A stretch of 64,000 nucleotides of DNA. Origin: Candidatus Micrarchaeia archaeon. Its GTDB lineage: Archaea > Micrarchaeota > Micrarchaeia > CABMEP01. The notes under the pieces are model-generated. The model ran no database searches, was not told the DNA's origin, and saw only the letters and a list, made by a program, of their open reading frames with translations. Shown here piece by piece: positions 58,709 through 64,000 of this stretch. A program made the position numbers and the translations under genes. The stretch spans positions 128,001 through 192,000 of the forward strand of contig JAVZXS010000001.1 in NCBI GenBank assembly GCA_038886535.1, given 5' to 3'. Position 1 is the first letter of the stretch. Each line of letters starts with the position of its first letter.

Positions 58709-60565
58709 TTATTTTGTCAGTCTTCTTTTCTTTGCTTTTGATTCTACTTTGCGTTTTATCTTTCCAATTACAAAAAGAATTACAAATCCAACAAAAATAA
58801 CCCCTACTAAAAACGTAACTATAGAAATTATCTGATATGCAGATATTCTATTCGCTCTTTCTTCTAAGGTTTCTTCTGTTTTATTGCCGCCTATTATAAA
58901 TTCATTAACAAGAGAATCATTTTCATTTTCCATGCATATTTTTTCTGCATCTTTGTAATAATTTTCTAGATTTTCTGCGATTAATGCAATTCTTAATGCA
59001 GATAATTTATCTGTTTTGTTTATTTCTTTTGCATGGTTATTGAATATAACTGGCCAGATATAAGTATAATTTCTATGGATCAAAGAATTAAGGGTGGAAT
59101 CAATTTTTTCCGGAATGTCATTGTTAGAATTTGATGAACTAATCTCTTCAATATCAGAATAGGATTTTATATATGCAGCATCCACAAGTGCAGAGAGATA
59201 CCTTTCTTCTTCAAAAGCAGCTTCAGCTGATTTCATTCTGAATAACATGTCTGAATTGTTTGGGTCCACATCTAATCCTTTCAGAACTTCTTTAACATAA
59301 TCTCTAAGATTTTCTTCTTTAAATCTATTCTGCAAATCAGATTCAAATGTTTCGTTTTCAATTTTGTCAAGCATATGGTTTGCTGCAAGGCACCAGTACT
59401 TTGCATTAATTATATTGCTATATTTTGCTAACAAAGGAGAAATAAATTCATTCTTTTGTTTGCCAGTAGCAATATCGAATATTTCCTTCTCACTAATTGT
59501 TTCACTTAATTTAGTTTTTGCCCACATGTATCTAGTCTCAGCAGGACCTATAATTTGGAAGTTTTTATCGTTAATCTTTTTCTTGATTATGTTGTCCTTT
59601 TTCTCAAAAGTTTCTAAACACTCTTTTGTTTTTTTGTATTCTTCTATCATTCTTTCCTTGCTAAAAAGAGAGACCTCTTTATCTATGGAAAGCAGAAAAG
59701 CGATGTTTGCAGATGTGTAATATTGATTTGAATAGAATGCGTTTTTAGAGTTTTCAAGTCTAGATTGGAAGTTGTCTCTGTATTCGATTTGTGTTTCATT
59801 AATGTCTTTTTCTGCATCCAATATCATATTTTCGGTTACACTTTTTATCCAATCCAAGTAAATATGTGAGAAATTGACATAATTGAATTCATTAATTTTT
59901 TCAGGTGATAGCGATAGATTTTCAGAGTAGTTTATAGTAGAAGTCAAAATAGTATATGCTTCATTTATATCATCTGCCTGAAGTATCGTGATATTGTAGT
60001 ATCTCTTAAACATCAGAAGTTCAATCTTTTCGCTGTTTGTCATTTTTGGAAATATTATTCTTTTAAATCCAAGTTTGTACGCTGCTTCTGCTTTTAAAGG
60101 CAGTCCGCCAACACTTCCCACTCTCCCATTTGCATCTATAGTTCCAGTCATAGTGGTATCGGATCTCAGGTTTTTATTCTCAAAGCCGCTTAATATCATT
60201 GCTGTAAAGAGTGCACCCGCGCTTGGTCCTTCGATATAACTTACTCCATTATTTGATACCTCTAAAATAACGTCGCATTCAGAAATATTAATCCCGTCTT
60301 TTTCAGCCATCTTTCTGGCAACACTGTTAGCAATTAGTATTGATTTTTGGGTTTCTTCTCCTATTATTGGATCAAGGGAATAATATATTTTTCCAGATTC
60401 AGAAGAAATGCTTGGTATGATTTTAATATTTATTTTTATCATTTGACTTGAATTTTCATTAATTACTGCAGGCGCATATATACTTCTTTCAACTTCTATG
60501 CATTTAGAGAAATTTAAGCCAATTATCAATAGAAAAATTAACGTTGTCAATATTTTTTCATCCAT
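58709..60565 (-). CDS. Exported S16 (Lon-like) serine protease, no ATPase domain
   Basis: Signal peptide, APAV, IEGPSAG, TGTI, VGGLPLK, C-terminal TM. Confidence 0.8.
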   Translation of the reverse strand: MDEKILTTLIFLLIIGLNFSKCIEVERSIYAPAVINENSSQMIKINIKIIPSISSESGKIYYSLDPIIGEETQKSILIANSVARKMAEKDGINISECDVILEVSNNGVSYIEGPSAGALFTAMILSGFENKNLRSDTTMTGTIDANGRVGSVGGLPLKAEAAYKLGFKRIIFPKMTNSEKIELLMFKRYYNITILQADDINEAYTILTSTINYSENLSLSPEKINEFNYVNFSHIYLDWIKSVTENMILDAEKDINETQIEYRDNFQSRLENSKNAFYSNQYYTSANIAFLLSIDKEVSLFSKERMIEEYKKTKECLETFEKKDNIIKKKINDKNFQIIGPAETRYMWAKTKLSETISEKEIFDIATGKQKNEFISPLLAKYSNIINAKYWCLAANHMLDKIENETFESDLQNRFKEENLRDYVKEVLKGLDVDPNNSDMLFRMKSAEAAFEEERYLSALVDAAYIKSYSDIEEISSSNSNNDIPEKIDSTLNSLIHRNYTYIWPVIFNNHAKEINKTDKLSALRIALIAENLENYYKDAEKICMENENDSLVNEFIIGGNKTEETLEERANRISAYQIISIVTFLVGVIFVGFVILFVIGKIKRKVESKAKKRRLTK

Positions 60566-60639
60566 TTAATCCCCGCTTATTAAAGTTTATAACAATTTGT
60601 ATTTTCTTAATAGCATATTTAATATTCAATTTTATAATG

Positions 60640-61920
60640 TTAATCAATAAGATTCATTCGCTTAAGGATTTCATATGTCACAAATCCGATAAATGTAATT
60701 GCTAATCCGATTAATATTACATTGACACCTGAGGTAGTTGCAAGCAGAAAACACGAGGCAGCAGCAAACATCGGAATTAAAGGAACACCGAAAATATCTG
60801 GAACTTTGAACGTTCGCTTGGAATAAGGTTTTGTATATCTAAACCAAACTAAAGCAAGATTTATGGTTGCAAAAGTGAAGAAGGTTGAAAAATCAGCACT
60901 GTATGCAACAAAGCTTATATCTTCACTTAGAACCGCAAGTAAAGAGAAAAATCCAAGTATCAGTGCAGCGATCCAAGGTGTTCTTCTCTTTTTAGAAACT
61001 TCCCCTAACGATCTGAGTATTCTTCCTCCTTCTCCAAGGCCATATAGGAGACGAGTAGTTGTAATAAGCATCAATAAAACAGTATTCGCAGTTGCAAACA
61101 ATGCAATTAGTGCAAGTATGATACCTGCATTGCTTCCCATTGCTTTTGATGCAACTTCTGCTAAAGGAGCATCAGAGTTGGCGAGAACTTGCCAGTCTAC
61201 AACACTTACAGCTACAATGGAAACAAGGAGATAAATAAGAGTAGATATTCCAAGAGAAAGAAGCGTTGCTTTCGGAATTATATTTTCAGCATTTTTTGTT
61301 TCCTCTGCCAATCTAGGTATGCTTTCAAATCCAAGAAATGCAAAGAATAAAAGGGATGCACCAAAGAATAATGCAGAATAATGAGAATCAGGAGGAAGTT
61401 CAAAATAGTCTACATTACCTATGTAAGGAAGACCTAAGAATATAACAATTAACAAACCAGCGATTTCTATGATTCCCCCAATGTTTGCGATTGTTACTGA
61501 TTCCTTAATTCCATACATGTTTAAAATAGTGAATATTATTATTATTGATGAAGCAGCGATCCAATATGGAACTTCTACAAAGTAATTTAAGTATTTTGCA
61601 AATCCAAGGCTTACTGTTGCGATACTAAAAACAGTTCCAACTACAAGGAGCCAATTTACAAGAAATGCCATTCTGTTTCCAAATGAATTTTTAGTATAAA
61701 CATATTCAGCTCCTGCCTTAGGAAACATCCCAGCTAATTCAGCATAACTCAAAGCAGTTAATCCAGCAACAATTCCGCCAATTAAGAAAGAAAGCCAGAT
61801 AGCATTTCCAACAATACCGGCTGAACTTCCGATTATTGCATATACTCCCGCTCCTATTATAATCCCAATTCCTGCAACTGTAGTATCAAAAAGATTCAGC
61901 TCTCTTTTCAATTTCTGCAT
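60640..61920 (-). CDS. APC family amino acid permease
   Basis: IIGAGVY, SYAEL, AGAEY, AFLGFE, EETKN. Confidence 0.88.
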   Translation of the reverse strand: MQKLKRELNLFDTTVAGIGIIIGAGVYAIIGSSAGIVGNAIWLSFLIGGIVAGLTALSYAELAGMFPKAGAEYVYTKNSFGNRMAFLVNWLLVVGTVFSIATVSLGFAKYLNYFVEVPYWIAASSIIIIFTILNMYGIKESVTIANIGGIIEIAGLLIVIFLGLPYIGNVDYFELPPDSHYSALFFGASLLFFAFLGFESIPRLAEETKNAENIIPKATLLSLGISTLIYLLVSIVAVSVVDWQVLANSDAPLAEVASKAMGSNAGIILALIALFATANTVLLMLITTTRLLYGLGEGGRILRSLGEVSKKRRTPWIAALILGFFSLLAVLSEDISFVAYSADFSTFFTFATINLALVWFRYTKPYSKRTFKVPDIFGVPLIPMFAAASCFLLATTSGVNVILIGLAITFIGFVTYEILKRMNLID

Positions 61921-61952
61921 TTAATCCCTTTTTAACTTATTCCAATATTAAA

Positions 61953-62549
61953 TTACATTCCAAATATTGCAAGTACTCCTTTCTTTATAAATTCTATTCC
62001 GAATGCTGCTAGTAGCAGACCCATAAATCTTGATATTATTTCTAATGTATTTGTACCTATTAATTTCACTATTTTATTTCCTATAATCATAACAAAGTAA
62101 GTTGTGATCAATGCGAGAATTAGTCCTAATATCGAAGGAACTAAACCATTGCTTTGAGAGATAAGTATCATTGTTGTTATGGATGCGGGTCCCGCAAGTA
62201 AAGGCGTCCCTAATAAAAGTGCTATTGTTGTCTTTTTGTCTTTTTCGTTTTTTTCTTTTATTATCTCTTGTCCTAGTACAATTTGGGTTCCAAGAAGAAA
62301 CATTAGAATTCCACCTGCTATTTGAAAAGATTCAATGGATATCCCAAATAGTTCAAGAAGTTTCATACCTAGGAAAAGTGCCACGAGCATTATTCCGCCA
62401 GCGATTATTATTCCTTCCTTCAATGTGGAATTTCTTTCCTTTTCACTCATTTTTCTTGTCATTGCTAAAAAAGGTGGAGCAGCCATAAATGGATCGAGAA
62501 TTGCTAAAAGAATAATAAATACGCTTAATATCTGCGTTAAAATTTCCAT
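61953..62549 (-). CDS. MarC family membrane protein
   Basis: ILDP, FQIAGGI, PLLAGPASI, RFMGLLLAA. Confidence 0.88.
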   Translation of the reverse strand: MEILTQILSVFIILLAILDPFMAAPPFLAMTRKMSEKERNSTLKEGIIIAGGIMLVALFLGMKLLELFGISIESFQIAGGILMFLLGTQIVLGQEIIKEKNEKDKKTTIALLLGTPLLAGPASITTMILISQSNGLVPSILGLILALITTYFVMIIGNKIVKLIGTNTLEIISRFMGLLLAAFGIEFIKKGVLAIFGM

Positions 62550-62583
62550 TTTATCACATTAGAATCAATCAAATAAAAATAAG

Positions 62584-62657
62584 TGCGGCGGCCGGGATTT
62601 GAACCCGGGTCATGAGCTTGGAAGGCTCGCGTCCTAACCAGGCTAGACTACCGCCGC
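62584..62657 (-). tRNA. tRNA-Gly(TCC)
   Basis: GCGGCGG/CCGCCGC, (C)GAGC-CT-TCC-AA-GCTC(A), GTTCAAATC. Confidence 0.93.
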
Positions 62658-62729
62658 TTCATACACCTTAATCTATAATTAAATTAGGAGTTAATATTTT
62701 TTAAACTATTCTATTTATTATTTTAAATA

Positions 62730-63821
62730 ATGAAATTCGATGTTCTAGTTATTGGTGGAAGTGCAATAGGTGGAGCCGCTGCAGCTGCATGCTCAAAACA
62801 TGGATTGAAAACTGCTATTCTCGAAGAGGATAAAGAAGTTGGAAAATATAAAAGATGCACTGCAATATGTTCTGAAAATGGTTTAAAGAAAACAAAGATT
62901 CCATATACTGATGCAATTTTAAATAAGATAAAAGGAGGAGTGATTCATTCTCCAAAAAACGAGGTCAAAATAAAGATGAAAAATAATATAGGAATTGTTT
63001 TTGACAGGCAAAAATTCGATGAAAATAGTATTGATAGAGCATTGTCTTATGGTTCTGAATTATTTAAGGAAAAAAGGGCTATTTCATTCTATAATTTCAA
63101 TAGTCATTATTCTGTATTTGCAGGAAATACATTCCACTCAAAAATCATAGTTGGAGCAGATGGAGTAACTTCAAAAACCGCTTCAGAATTCAATTTTCCA
63201 CCACTTAAGAAAATAGCTTATTGTTTTGAAAAAGAAGTAACAAACGTCGATGTTCCTCATTCGGATTTAGTGGACATATACATAGATAACGAAAATTTAC
63301 CTGGCTTTTTTGGTTGGTGTGTTCCAGTTGATGAAAAAACTGTAAGAGTGGGATTTGGAGTCACAAAATTAAATAAGTTTTTAGATGCAAAAACGTTTTT
63401 CTACTCACAAAGTTCACTTAACTTTCTTAAGAAAAAGACAGCAAAAACAATAAGAAAGTTTAATGCAGCCATACCTTTAGGTCCAAGAGAAGTAACGCAA
63501 ATTAAGGGCGTTCTTTTAGTTGGAGATGCAGCAGGGCAGACAAAGGCAACAACTGGCGGTGGTTTGGTTTTCGGTTCTCAATGTGCACATATTCTTGGGG
63601 AGGCAGTTTCTGATCATATCAATAAAGGTGAAAAATTAGAGTACGAAAAGAGATGGAGGAAAGACTTCGGATCAACTTTATATCTTCATAAAATAGTTAG
63701 AAGAGGTATTGATTTAGTGCCAAATTATGTTTTAGATTTTTCTGTTTCTTTTCTTAAAATTCCATTTATAAATAGATTGTTATCTGAAGCTGCAGATATG
63801 GATTATATAATAAGGATATGA
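62730..63821 (+). CDS. Geranylgeranyl reductase family FAD oxidoreductase
   Basis: DVLVIGG, DRQKFD, GADG, PGFFGWCVP, VGDAAGQ...TGGG. Confidence 0.8.
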   Translation: MKFDVLVIGGSAIGGAAAAACSKHGLKTAILEEDKEVGKYKRCTAICSENGLKKTKIPYTDAILNKIKGGVIHSPKNEVKIKMKNNIGIVFDRQKFDENSIDRALSYGSELFKEKRAISFYNFNSHYSVFAGNTFHSKIIVGADGVTSKTASEFNFPPLKKIAYCFEKEVTNVDVPHSDLVDIYIDNENLPGFFGWCVPVDEKTVRVGFGVTKLNKFLDAKTFFYSQSSLNFLKKKTAKTIRKFNAAIPLGPREVTQIKGVLLVGDAAGQTKATTGGGLVFGSQCAHILGEAVSDHINKGEKLEYEKRWRKDFGSTLYLHKIVRRGIDLVPNYVLDFSVSFLKIPFINRLLSEAADMDYIIRI

Positions 63822-63825
63822 ATTT

Positions 63826-64000
63826 TTATGTTCCATACATTTTAGCTTTTTTTATTATTCCCATTACTATTGGCATTACATTTAAATGCGTTATATTTCC
63901 TAATCCTCCTTTTGCTGTACTCCTTTCATCAAATCTTTTAACATCGTCGTTACGAATCATATCTCTTGGACCCCATATTAGTATAGGAACAGGATCTGCT
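63826..64000 (-). CDS. apgM: Cofactor-independent phosphoglycerate mutase, C-terminal fragment (runs off window)
   Basis: Own translation ADPVPILIWG...DDVKRFDERSTAKGGLGNI...KMYGT*. Confidence 0.8.
   Translation of the reverse strand, partial: ADPVPILIWGPRDMIRNDDVKRFDERSTAKGGLGNITHLNVMPIVMGIIKKAKMYGT

Noticed and set aside
22399..62562. Numerous short antisense or overlapping ORFs in the track (inside ileS, gatA, tuf, rad50, eno and others)
   Set aside because: Shadow frames of strongly supported genes, with no SD or motifs
1..64000. Integrase, transposase, provirus, rRNA or inteins
   Set aside because: No such motifs seen; RFC, the ATPases and the synthetases have no unexplained insertions

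Overview
AT-rich archaeal chromosome segment. Archaeal evidence: EF-1alpha, uS10, eS8, RFC-S, class I CCA-adding enzyme, Cgi121, GGTGA/GAGGTGA Shine-Dalgarno motifs and BHB-type tRNA introns. The compact, shuffled gene content suggests a DPANN lineage, possibly Micrarchaeota (inference only). The window holds housekeeping genes (alaS, ileS, gatCAB, cca, rfcS, scpAB, rad50, eno, partial apgM, DGGGP synthase, GGR) and six tRNA genes; tRNA-Trp has a 135-nt C/D-box guide intron and tRNA-Leu a 34-nt intron. An AT-richer island after alaS carries a complete type I-B-like CRISPR-Cas locus (cas6-8-7-5-3-4-1-2, 31 repeats/30 spacers), with a probable internally initiated Cas11. Its tail has a pseudo-spacer weakly matching the cas6 promoter and an orphan Cys-rich ORF. 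A split type IV pilus system is also present: ATPase, two TadC-like proteins, winged-helix proteins, a degenerate KaiC-like ATPase, five class III signal peptide proteins and a large adhesin-like protein. All calls come from reading motifs by eye; no searches were run.
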